DNA of 51,280 nucleotides, filler included, from Catajapyx aquilonaris (lineage: Eukaryota): assembly GCA_000934665.2 (NCBI GenBank). It is 2 parts of 2 records of this genome, joined end to end, with 100 filler letters (N's around TTAATTAATTAA, not from the genome) between each part and the next. Parts side by side here need not be neighbours in the genome. Positions count along the whole stretch, not along the records: positions 25,697 to 51,280 come from JYFJ02005333.1; 1 more part is not named here. One strand, 5' to 3'. Each line of letters begins with the position of its first letter. Position 1 is the first letter of the stretch. This document shows positions 27,400-38,569 of the stretch, one piece after another. The position numbers were made by a program, and so were the translations under genes. Below the pieces are notes generated by a model. It saw nothing but the letters and a program-made list of their open reading frames with translations, made no database searches and had not been told where the DNA came from.

Positions 27400-27611
27400 A
27401 ACACTCACCATCAGTACTTAATGCCTTCACGAACTGTTTCATCAAGCCGAGCTTGATATGGTACCCCCGGAAAATCACAAGTTTCAAATTGCATGAAAAC
27501 TACAGCATGTAGAGGAAAACCGATTTCAGACTTGAAATTAGCGTTGAATAAATACTTGGAATCGGTTGAAAAATCTCGTGCAACAGAAAAAACTTTTTTT
27601 GTGGGCCAGTG
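27400..27611. mobile_element. Right end of a Transib-like non-autonomous element
   Basis: Terminus ...TTTTTTGTGGGCCAGTG (CAC-type TIR). The left end was not found. Confidence 0.35.
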
Positions 27612-27851
27612 ATTACGAGTCAATTTTTATTAATGCATTTATTTCAGTCAACCTTCCTCTTTTTATGTATATTATCAAGAACAACAACTACAGGTAACCC
27701 GTGAACTTCGCCTCACTGGTTTTGGTCATTTCATTAAAAAATATTTCCACAAAAGCAAAAAAAAAAAAAAAAAAAACAGCTTATGCAGTTCGGTAGAATA
27801 TTTCACATTAAAAATAATATGATGGCACTTGTACAGAATTGCAAAAAATAC

Positions 27852-30110
27852 CTTCAGCCAATTGTCTCCCCCCTCGTCGCAACACATGATCGTCCAAAAC
27901 AATGAAATTTAGAGTCAGCCAAGTTCTTGGATCCCATGGCTAATATGATTGTAAGGTTGGGCAATCCCATCGGTCTTGTCTTAAGCAGCTCGAGAAATAT
28001 CAGTGCGAACCTGTGAATGACAAATTAATATCATTTTCATAAAGTCTGAATGCCACATGTGTCACTGGCTAGTAAAGTTAGGAAAGTACAACTTACGGGC
28101 ACTACCTTGAACAATGTATCGGCCCTGTTCTTTTTGGCATTTGAGAGAAGCTTTCGTCGGGCTGCAACATATTTAACTTGTTGTTGGTGCCTGGTGGTAG
28201 CCTGAGACTCTGTATGTTCAGTAGTCCCCTAATGTTTTCTCAATACAAAGAACAACTGAAACAAAAGTGTTGTGAACGCTACAGTATAGTTCAAAGATGC
28301 AAAAGTGATATTTCATAACAAAAAATATGAATACAGTACAAACCTTCCTCAACATGTTTCATGGATTCCACGATGTCGACAGAGTTGGCAATGTGACCAA
28401 AACACTGCTTGTGGTGTTTTGTATTTGAAGGAAAGCAAATTCCTTGTCAATCTAAGATAATGAGAAGACAACCTTCCTAAGTGCATCTGCAAAAGTTATG
28501 CTGCTCACATAAAATTGTTGGAACACACTTACCAAATACTCAGAAAGTCCTCTAATTTAGGGTCTTCTTGGAGATGTTGGTAATGGTTGCTCCACATTGA
28601 TCATTCCCTGCCTTCGGGCTAGGGTCTCTTTGAGTCGCTTTGAGCCCATTCTCAATATCAGGCAGATTTTCCCATGTTGGCATTGTGCATTTTATCATTG
28701 AAACCTAAAATAATAAGAATAATACAATTGACGCAATAAGATATATGCGGTCAGCGAGTGTACTATATTGTTCATAAGGTTTCGTACAGCAAACAGGGTA
28801 AACCTTACGGGAATAGGTATCATACATTGTGAACGACACATAGTAGGCCCTGCATTATTACTAAACATAATGGTCCTACGAGTATAGTGATGTTTGAATA
28901 TATTTTGCAGAACAAAACCATACAAAAATACTTTTTCACGTTGTTTACTGTTAAATTACACAAAGATGGAATCCCCATATCACCTCATATGGGGAATGCT
29001 GTGAATAGACATGTGGTGACACACATACAATGAGTGACACTCGGAATAAATTATTCCATGGTCACTAGCTATGGAATAAAACTCATCTGGCCCTCTCATA
29101 CTATGTCATTTAGTTCTCGAATTTTTGACTGCCTTTGATCCTTGGGGAGTAGCACGGAAAAATCTACAAAATTTGGGCATAATCTTTGACTTTTGGATAT
29201 TTTAAATGCACAAATCCCATAGTAGTTGCCAGCTGTCAGAGTTAACTCATGGGAAATTTTCAGAATAAAAAATTGGACTTTGGAAAGTATAATATTGTAG
29301 TATAACTTGTGGCCATAAATGCCATAACTTTCCTTCAGTATAGGACACATCAACTTTGGCATGTTTGAGTTGTAAAAGTTCTACTACAGATAACTAGATA
29401 AGTTGATGAACCCACTTTTTAATACTGTAAGCAACTTTAAATTAATGTTCATGAAAACAAAGTAGGCTGCCTCATCGCCTCTGTGTTGACAAAGATTTTA
29501 GGCTTAAATTGACGCCACTTGTGCCCAACATTGACCATGTAATGAGTGGAAAAGAAAGAAAGCACACCAATCACACTAACTGATAAGTGCCCACAATTAC
29601 TATTTCCATGTAATAGGTCGGAGTGGGACTTGACGTAAGCTATTTTGAAAAGGGGTTCGCAACAAAAATAGTTTGGGAACCACTGTTTGATAGTATACAA
29701 TTTTTTGGCCAGCCTGTATCAATGTCTGCAAAGTTTAGATGACTTGTGTTAGATTGTTTACCAAACAAATAAACAATTACTAACAATAAATTGCAGACTA
29801 GCAAAACTTTACATACCGACATTGATGAAAAATGGTCTGGACAAGTTGTAGTTTGTACCTGATCTCTTTTGCTGTGAGAAGTGGTGGGTATTCCTCGCTG
29901 CTTTTTTGGCAATCATACTCCGCCGTCAATGAGAAATCATCATTTGAACATCCTGCCACATATAGCCTGTCACTGTATGTTCGAAATCTGGATACCTCTA
30001 AGGAAGAAATTACACTGATTAGTACACACATAGACAACTTCCAGTAAAATATTCCGATGATATTTTCCCCTTTCATTTCCTCCCACATCCACTCTTGACG
30101 CTTCTATAAA
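27852..30110 (-). pseudogene. Decayed multi-exon gene, probable KDZ (Kyakuja-Dileera-Zisupton) transposase
   Basis: Canonical AG/GT-bounded exons at 28533-28704, 28344-28486, 28097-28255 and 27852-28010. Ordered KDZ-like motifs: QC-GHKW, LMCP, IYGHKLY (DGNxKLY), ASDHGII (CxHG), YFCMVLFCK (MDxxCK), MQGLLCVVH, FNDK..KRLK, PW. Several stops and frameshifts. Confidence 0.6.
29640..29685. mobile_element. hAT-Charlie/Buster-type MITE end inserted in the pseudogene
   Basis: GGGGTTCGCAACAAAAATAGTTTGGGAACCACTG resembles the right end of the 48195-49073 element. Confidence 0.55.
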
Positions 30111-31034
30111 ACCTCCTGAAATACTGATTTCTGTCCTCGCGCTTTTTGAATCGACAACAATTATATTGGAGCCTTGATTCTTTGTTCTCTTACAATGAGC
30201 TAGTGCTGTCAGATGTTGTAGTGCCCCCTACCCCCCTATATTCTTGTGCTCTAAACCTTCATTTCAAAATTTCGCACTAACTTGTAAGAGCAACTCTCCA
30301 AGAGTCCTAGTATTACAACAATAAGCACAAGAAATGCAGTTGATTTATCATTCATATATTATCAGTGGCTGATTATTATCAAATCAGTAGCACAATATGC
30401 CAGGACAATGAGGTTTCATTATGGTATTCTACAAAACCTTGCTAGATCTTGGGAGGTATATTTTTAAAAACAAAATTTACGATCTCTGACTCGAATTTTT
30501 CATCATCATTAGGCCTATATAAAATTTCATCTTCAGCACATACGTATAGGATGTAAGGTCGCTTAAGCAATGTTATTAATGAGTATAGACACAGAGAACA
30601 CAGATGTTGTTCTTACGCTTCCAAGGTTCCAATACTATAGTCGACTCCTCAAGTATAGTGACAGAATGTTGCAAAAAGGTGTACTCTGTGACACTTGTGT
30701 CTACTGTCTCCTTATATTGAATACTTTTTAAAAACATGTTGGCTTCCTGCAGAGCTAAAAAAAGAGTGCCTAATAACTGAGAACTTGAAACCAATATCAC
30801 TGAGGGTTTGACTACTCACCAAACATTATGTCTTAAAATTCCATTGAACACATGCTGTGTAATTTTTATCATTGCATCAGCTTGGTTGACCCATTTACTG
30901 CACATGTGTTAGTAATTAAAGGTTCAAATCTGGAACCTTGAATGGCTTTGGCCATTTCCTCTCTCAATATAAAGTTCATCAATATTTTTTGTGAATTATA
31001 ATCATGACCATCACAAGTGTTAGTGTTTCTATAG

Positions 31035-31350
31035 GTGTATTATGATTTTCACCTGAAGTATTGCCTTGGTCCCTACCTGTTTGTAATGAGTGATTGTTTG
31101 GAGTTGCCCTGCAACCTACACCTTGGTTGTGGACAAACACTCAAGGAAGAGGGCGTCACCTATACTTCTGCCAAGTTGTCCAAGATGAATATGAAGGCTC
31201 ATAAGGTGGCTGTGACGTCCATCAAGAAGGCGACAAAGAGGGAAGCTGCCTCTGAAACCTGGAACCTGCTGGCTAAGGTGGCTGCAAGGCTCAGAAGTGA
31301 TAAAGAGACTGGAGAGCCCCAGCCTTTGACTTCCACAGCTCAGGAACACT
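31035..31350 (+). pseudogene. Candidate coding exon of unknown function, interrupted by a CACTA-like insertion
   Basis: Acceptor TTTCTATAG| directly before an open frame of ~105 codons (VYYDFHLKY...KAHKVAVTSIKKATKREAASETWNLLAKVAARL) with coding-like composition. Confidence 0.35.
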
Positions 31351-31470
31351 CACACTCTTGTCTTGACTAAGGCGTGGGGACGGACATTGATCACTTTTCA
31401 CTGCGAGTGTAAACTGATCTAACCTAACCTAACCTAACCTAACCTAACCTAACCTAACATAACCTAACCT
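31351..31470. mobile_element. CACTA/EnSpm-like terminus with (TAACC)n
   Basis: CACAC...GTGGGGACG...CACTTTTC...AGTGTAAACT then (TAACC)n. This is the reverse-complement match of 38830-38919. Confidence 0.6.
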
Positions 31471-32182
31471 AATAAACCTAATAAAAACAAACAAACAAAC
31501 AAACAAAACATTCAGGCAGGCAAACTGTTTCCTGGATGAGCCAAGGTCTGATTTCACGTTGTGCTGATCGATTCACACAGGTGGGCACTATGCCATGTTT
31601 TCACTTTCTCTCTGCATTGCCTTTATTGTTGGCTGGAGAGCAAGTGATCCTCTTTGTGTCACTCCAATATTTATGGCTCCTCACAATGCATGCATTACTG
31701 ATCTGCAGGTCATTACCATAATTTTATCTCATGGTGCGTACCTTCTATCTGACATGAAGAAAGCCTTATTAATATAATGACAACAACATAAATACCTCGT
31801 ACATGGTTGCATATTGTTGACTCCCTCTCTTGCCCTCTTGTTGTGTGATGCCTCCAGCAGGCAGACCATGGGAAGTCATGAAGAGAGGCAGGGGTCAAGT
31901 AACACGTCGGGATGTGGTCCAAGTATGACAAGTCACAGAAACCATCTCCAAATAATTATGTAAACGAGGCAGCTCAGCCATCCTGAAAGTCAGCATCACG
32001 TTAGATCTAGCACCCACAACCTACACAAAAACCTCACTCTCACTGAATATGTCAACCCAAAGCCAGAATCGAACCGGCTGCATGGTGTGCCTAGTCTGGC
32101 ATAATATTGGAAGGACTTATTTGTTCATATTAGAAATGGATACCTCACAATGAATGGCCAATACATTGATTCTCCTAAACCT

Positions 32183-32238
32183 AATCAGGGTTTCCGTCCT
32201 TTCCGAATAATTATTCGGAAAGGACGGAAACCCTGATT
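32183..32238. repeat. Perfect 56-bp palindrome
   Basis: AATCAGGGTTTCCGTCCTTTCCGAATAA followed directly by its exact reverse complement. Confidence 0.95.
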
Positions 32239-32709
32239 GTTCCTTACGGTGTTTTGTGTGTAAGGAGGCATTCCTTTCCAAGTACTTATTAAATTTCGCA
32301 ACCCATTTTCACTACAAAGGTCAAAATATGGAATATAAAAAAGTTACTGCACAACTTGGAAGGCGGGACCGCCTTGATTGATGACTGCTGACCAGTAACA
32401 CTTCCAGCCGTCAGTTAGCTACCAGACAGGCCAATGGGGTCTTGAGTTGGTGACAAGAAGAAGGATGCAAACCCACTTATTAGTTGACGTCATGTTTCAT
32501 AGAGATAGGGGGTATACTTCGCACACTGATTTGTGCACGTGTCTCGAGGCAGTGGTTGAACCCCGCCCCCCGGCACAGCCATCCTCACCGTCTGACTCCC
32601 ACCGGCCATCACTTCCTTGGTCCAGCCTGGAGCCTCCAGTGTTGTCCCAGATCCTCCTGCAGTGTCATATCAGCCTTCTACATCAAGCTATACTCTCACT
32701 TTCATACAG

Positions 32710-33143
32710 CTGACAACACCTCTGCTCGGAGACAGAAGAAGATGGTCAGCACTGGGGAGGACTCGGACACCATGAATTACGACTACGACCTGTATGACAT
32801 CCAGGACATAGATCGTGATAATACTTACGACGCCCTGGGTTCGTACCTATACAGTGCCACCTCCCCCTGATCAGCCCAACTCTGTACCCTGCATGATTTT
32901 ATCTTCCCAACAGCCATGATCCTGATATTCATAACAGGCTGCGGAATTGTTATGGCTATGACATGGTCCGGAACTCCATATGGGACCAAGCTGTTCAAGA
33001 TGATCATGCAGTGGCTCAATCCCTACCAGATCTACACCCGCCTGGCTGGGATGTTTCAGAAAAGGCGCCGTGAGCTCCCCAGAAGAGTTCACTTTCAGGA
33101 GCCCACCACCAACACTTGGGATCACTATGTAAATACCAAGTAG
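32710..33143 (+). pseudogene. Candidate terminal exon / small membrane-protein ORF with one internal TGA
   Basis: Acceptor CTTTCATACAG|. ORFs 32484-32870 and 32916-33143 share a frame and are separated only by TGA 32868-32870. Hydrophobic stretch FIFPTAMILIFITGCGIVMAMTW. AATAAA downstream at ~33187 and ~33329. Confidence 0.35.
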
Positions 33144-33638
33144 TACGTATGTGGTGACCCACCCTCAGACACAGTTCGCGACTTTTAATAAATATTTTTC
33201 AACAGAGGAGGTACTCCTCGTTCCAACGCAGCGACTATGGGTTCTTTGTAGAAGAGTAGGAGCGGGCCCCACAAGCACCGGAACAACAGCTGCAGTCAGC
33301 GCATAGTGTAGTGTGTGCCATAAGTGCCAATAAACCACATTATTGAGCATCTGATTTTTCTCTCTCTCTCATTATTTTCTAGCGTTCCTTAATCAGAGTT
33401 TCAGGACATCTTTTCATTTAGGTGGCAGCTCAGTCGTCCTGTGCCTGATGATACTTGCAAGCAGGTAAGAGTGCATTTTGGGATGAGGGATAGACCTGGT
33501 ACGGAGGGTTACGTGAAGGTATCTTCGGTATACTGGCGGATTTAGTGTTATTACTGTAATAGTGTAGTGGTTAGCGATGTTTTTTCCCCGAAACTGCTTA
33601 TTTTTTAGCAGTTGCAATAGAACAATATTACTTTTAGT

Positions 33639-33990
33639 AGAGGAGGCGGAGTGGTGCAGCTGCGGTAACGTAGGCGCCCACGGATGTTAAGGTCCCGGGT
33701 TCGATCCCAGCCCGGGGACACCCCCTTCATCTCGTGCAGAGTTCAGGGTCACCTCTGGCTTCGTCTCGGGTGGTATTTCCAACAGACTAAACCACCCGGG
33801 GGAGTTCACTAAAAATGGCCACGTTTAAGACATTGCACTGCACCTTGCACATCCCCTCCTGTCATCCTGCCCGTGGGCCCGGGCGATTCGTCAAAGGTTC
33901 CAATTGTGTACGTTGTACAAGTTAGTAAATAAAGGTCCGTGCAATACCCCAAGAGGGGTCCAAGCACTACCCGGATTTATTTATTTATTT
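33639..33990 (+). mobile_element. tRNA-derived SINE, family A, copy 4 (full length)
   Basis: A/B boxes, (ATTT)n tail, exact 15-bp TSD AATATTACTTTTAGT at 33624-33638 and 33991-34005. Confidence 0.95.
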
Positions 33991-34047
33991 AATATTACTT
34001 TTAGTGGTTTTAGTGGCTGAAAATACAGTATTATAGGACTGAATTAC

Positions 34048-34300
34048 GGGCGGCACAATAGTGCCACAACCTTCCACCTCTAAGGTGCGGAGTTCGATCC
34101 CAGGGTCGGACAGAGGATACTTATGTAGTTATGTGGATAAAGTTTCTCTCCGTATACGCGTGGATTTCTCGGGGCTCCCCAGTTTTCTCCCACATCACAC
34201 CATTCTCATCACGTCACAGGCAATGAATACTGATGGTTAATGAAAAAATGATCCCCTAAAAGGCTCAAGGAGGCCTATCTAGGGTGCCTATTCTAAGCAA
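34048..34300 (+). mobile_element. tRNA-SINE family C (V-domain-like), degenerate copy
   Basis: B box AGTTCGATCCC. Shares GGACAGAGGATACTTATGT and ATGATCCCCTAA with 45666-45890. Confidence 0.8.
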
Positions 34301-34632
34301 AATCTGAAAGTTCCCCCAATTACCGAGAACTACTTCCGCCGCAATTTTCCAAAATGGCGCCCAAAACATGTTTAGGCAAAGCATTGTTTTCTTTCTCCAC
34401 AATAGTAAGGACGGGACTGGTTCAAGTACAGCCTACAGTGGTGGATATTAATGGATATCCACAAGTACCGCTGCCTGGCGGATCCCTTAATTTCTACAAC
34501 TGTTATGTACGTATGTTCAATATAAATGTGTTAAAGGTGAGTCATGGATTATTTTAAGAGTAAGCATTAGTCCAAATAGGTCGATAGGTCTGAACCTAAT
34601 TTTGGGCAATGTAAGTATGGACGCTGCACATA

Positions 34633-35501
34633 CAGGGGTTGTACAAAATAATGGGGCCCCCTGCAAAAAGCGGGTGAATTTTCTCCTCCATTCTAGTCTA
34701 AGACTGGGAAGGTTACATAGATGACCTTTACTGATTTTTGAAGCTCTGTCGATGTACATTTACAGACGTGAAGATGACACAAAAATGACAAGAGGAGGGG
34801 GAGAAACAAAAGACGAGCGATACCCCCCACGCCCCATTTTTGAACAGTGTCCCACCCTTTTCATTTGAAAATGAAAATAGTTACAGATATGAACATTACT
34901 GGGTTTTTAAGCTTTATCGATGTCACTTTGTGTGGTATAGAGATGGCCCCAAAAATTAGAGGCCGGGCCACCCCCCCTTCCCCGGCACTGCTTGAATGCA
35001 AAATACGGAAAATTTTCGTTCCACTACTAGTTAATGCTAACTTGGCAGTACCAGTTCCTAGTAACTAGCAGGGAGACGAAAATTCGACCCAAACTTACTA
35101 TGCATTATTTCATCCAACCTCTTCTCAGATTTAGTGCCGGGGAAGAGGGATGTTTCTATTTTTTCCTCCGCTCCCTGTCTGTAATTTTGGTCCATCCGCT
35201 CTATACTGCACAGAGTGATATCGATAGGGCTTCAAATTTCATCTGTAACTATTTTCATTTTCAAATGAAAAGGGTGGGACACTCTGGTCAAAAATGGCGT
35301 CTGGGGGGTGTCTTGAGTCTTTTGTTTCTCTCCCTCCTCTTGTCATTTTTGTGTCATCTTCATGTCTGTAAATGTACATCGACAGAGCTTCAAAAATCAG
35401 TACTAAAAGTCCTCTTTGTAAGCCTTCCAGTTTTCGAGTATAATGAAGGAGAAAATTCACCCGCTTTTTGCAGGGGGCCCCGTTATTTTTTCTAACCCCT
35501 G
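34633..35501. mobile_element. Tc1-like MITE with ~270-bp imperfect TIRs
   Basis: TA|CAGGGGTT...AACCCCTG|TG. Segment 34633-34900 is the reverse complement of ~35235-35501. Confidence 0.85.
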
Positions 35502-35511
35502 TGCCTGTAAC

Positions 35512-36041
35512 CAGTGACGTATTTAGCCTTTTGCCGCCCCTAGGCATAACCTTATCTGCCCCCCCCCACCTCCTGTCTGTTTTTTAGGTCCGAGATTTGG
35601 GGGAATTAATTTGCGGATTTCAAGGCCAAATATCTCGAAAATTATTGTTTCAAATTATTTTGAAATCAAGTTGATTCAAGTACTCCAGTGAATTTCATCT
35701 TGGGGGCTATACATTTTCTATGCCGCTCCAAGGTGAATCGGCCGATGCCCAGGTAAGTAAGGGTGAAAGTCGCCTGTAGATCCTGCACAGATCCCCACTG
35801 TCCTAGGGGGGAAGGGTGCACGCGACTTTCGCCTTACTGGTCTCGAGCATCGGGCGATTCATCTTGGGGCGGCACATGAACGGTGACGCCATAAAGTCTT
35901 GCATAAAGTGCATATTTTCGCACGCGTCAAAATTTTCTCCTCGATAAAATTATCTTGACTCTAGGGCGGCAAATTTGCCGCCCCCTAAAATTTGCCGCCC
36001 TAGGCACGTGCCTATTTGGCCTAATTGGTAATATGTCACTG
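35512..36041. mobile_element. hAT MITE
   Basis: TIR CAGTGAC(G/A)TATT, 8-bp TSD CCTGTAAC (35504-35511 / 36042-36049), subterminal TTGCCGCCC repeats, and an internal palindrome at 35721-35874. Confidence 0.92.
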
Positions 36042-36624
36042 CCTGTAACTTACAAGTATTATTTACTGTATGCAGGCGGCTTGTCTTGCGGCTTGTAAAA
36101 TACAATGTACTCCCTATTATCCGGGTCGGATTATACGTGCATGGCTAAAACTAAGATAAGTCCGAAGAAATATAATATTTTTTTCGCAAACAAATAAATA
36201 CGTAAATAACATTAATAATACATTAATTAATGGATTAACATTAATACTTTTCCCAGAAGACAAACTAAAAATCAATCAAAAATTTTATAATTGAGATAAT
36301 AGCTGAAACATGTACATTGTACAGTACGTTTGTTCGCTACCATATACTCGATATGCAAGCATAATTTTTATGCACTTGAAACTCTATGATACAGTATTTC
36401 AACAAAAAATTCAATTGCGTAATAATAGCAATTTATATTTTCGAGTTACCGAACATGCGTGATTTCATTATATGTATACTGTATAATTATGTTGTGTTAA
36501 TTACGAGAGGATATACATGGTGTGCCAAGTATATAGCAGTTTTAGTTATAAAAAATTTCGCTCGAAGCTGTCTTTTTTGTAGCTTGTTCCTTGTTGCGCC
36601 CCGATCCAGGTGCCCCATTATATA

Positions 36625-37049
36625 CAGGGTGTATCTGAACTCAGTGCCCCGACGTATATGACTGCCTTCCTAGCCACCAGAGGATCGATTTAAGTATAGG
36701 AGTCATTATGTCTGGCCGCCGCATTACTGAGATAATTGGCCGCAAACATGTAGTACAAAATATCCTGTCGGTTAGGCCACCCATCGAACCCTCCCCCAGT
36801 CAGAAGGCTCTGGAAGGTCTGGGGGCCGGACTTTGTTGGTTTGTTGCCCACAGGTGGTAAGGCCTCTTTGGCTAGTTGCACCAGAAAATTATATTTAAAA
36901 GTCAGAAGGAGCGATTAGGCAAAAATCGCTAAAGAGTGTATCTCAGTAATGAGGCTGCCAAGACATAATGACTCCTCTACATAAGTTGATCCTCTGGTGG
37001 CCAGGAAGGCAGTCATATACGTCGGGGCACTGAGTTCAGATACACCCTG
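36625..37049. mobile_element. Tc1/mariner-type MITE with ~110-bp TIRs
   Basis: TA|CAGGGTGTATCTGAACTCAGTGCCCC...GGGGCACTGAGTTCAGATACACCCTG|TA. Confidence 0.92.
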
Positions 37050-37538
37050 TATAACAGCAACTGTAATAATTATACAGTATATAGTAGTGGGAGGTAACTT
37101 CTTTAAAAATAAATTACGATCGAAATGCTGATTCCGCCGAAAAGGTTTTGACTTTGGCTATACGCACTGAAGCTTGTAAGGAAATTCCGACATTTATTTT
37201 TGGGCATAAACTCATTCATGTGCACGCCAGGAAATGATTCAAGCAAAAGCCCAGGGATCCTGTTATCTGATTTACCCACTGACACAGTTACCAAACTTGG
37301 GCTCACCTATCTCGAACGCACGATTTGTGTAAATTCATATTAATTTCCATTTCAGGTTGGAGTGCATGAACTTTTCATGTGTGATTGAAACGCACTTAAA
37401 GAGCCACTTTTAATGGCGTAAACTGTAGAGAAATCAAAGATCTTTCCCGCCTCTCATGTAGACATTTGAGGTCAAATACAGCAGAGCAATTTTGATAATT
37501 TTTTAAAACAGGCAACGTCACATTAATTTGTAGTTTAG

Positions 37539-37657
37539 TGTTGGAAGCAACAATGGGCTTGGCCATGCACAGGTGGAGAGAAAGGGGGCTCAAAGCGGGT
37601 TTGCTGGCCGCTCTTCCCGTCACTTGTGCACGGCCAAGCCCATTGTTGCTTCCAACA
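37539..37657. repeat. Small inverted-repeat element
   Basis: 33-bp arms TGTTGGAAGCAACAATGGGCTTGGCC(A/G)TGCACA with one mismatch. Confidence 0.8.
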
Positions 37658-37769
37658 ATGAACTCCGATAAATCGCACAGAACGAATGCTCTTTCAACAA
37701 TAACATAGTAGAGAGGAATAAGAGAGACAGCAAGAGGGAGAGAAGCCAAAACTTGAGAGGGGAAGGGGA

Positions 37770-38522
37770 AAATAAGTGAAAAACTACAAACGTTATCCGG
37801 TGCTAATAAATATGCAAATAGGCTACACTACAAATTTGCAACAGATCCTGGAAATTTATGAGATATCTTGAGAACGTTTTGGTGTAATAAAGTGAAACAG
37901 ATGTTGCGGAGGAGGGGGAGGGAAACTAGAAAGGAAAACTTTTTAACTGTGATTGTTCCTACTAATTTGTGCATTCTAATTTAAATCACACCCAAATATC
38001 ATAAAAGCGTCAACTTTTTCTGCTGACTAGCTAAATGTTGAGGAGGAAAAATCCTTCATGTGACCGGATGACACCCGAGATTCGAGCAGGTGCAGTCTAG
38101 ACAAGGTTACTTGTCAGGGCCATGGGAAAAGACAGATAAGGACGCCACGCCATCATTGTCCTGCTAAGTTCAAGGATAGCGGACAAAGAATAAGTGCAGA
38201 GTTGCATGTTGGTACATTTATGCAAAAGAATTGCAAAAAAAATGTAAATACTTGGCAATGGAATGCTTGCTGAGACAAATATGCTCCAAATGTGGGACAT
38301 GTTTGAACAAGCAGCCTCCGGTCCTAACGGGAAAAATGCAACCGTTTTCTTAAACCGGTTTAGAGTCGGGCTAAAGCGGCTGGTGCCAGCTATCACCATG
38401 CTGGTGCCTGGAACATATTTCCAACCATACGTATGCGCCAATTCGTATTCAGCAGGAGCAACATGGTTACCAATTTTGCAAAGTTGATCCCGGAGTCTTG
38501 GCCGCTTTGGCCAGTCGCATAG
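37770..38522. repeat. Unclassified interspersed repeat, copy 1 (inverted relative to 42682-43295)
   Basis: Collinear reverse-complement match to 42682-43295. Confidence 0.9.
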
Positions 38523-38569
38523 ACGCATGGTTATATGTACAGGTCTTGCATTAGCTCAGGGGACGGAAG

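Noticed and set aside
38097..38528. Similar ORFs at 38.1-38.5 kb and 42.7-43.1 kb as duplicated genes
   Set aside because: Single-base indels between the copies break the frame inside the most conserved block, so the conservation is not protein-level.
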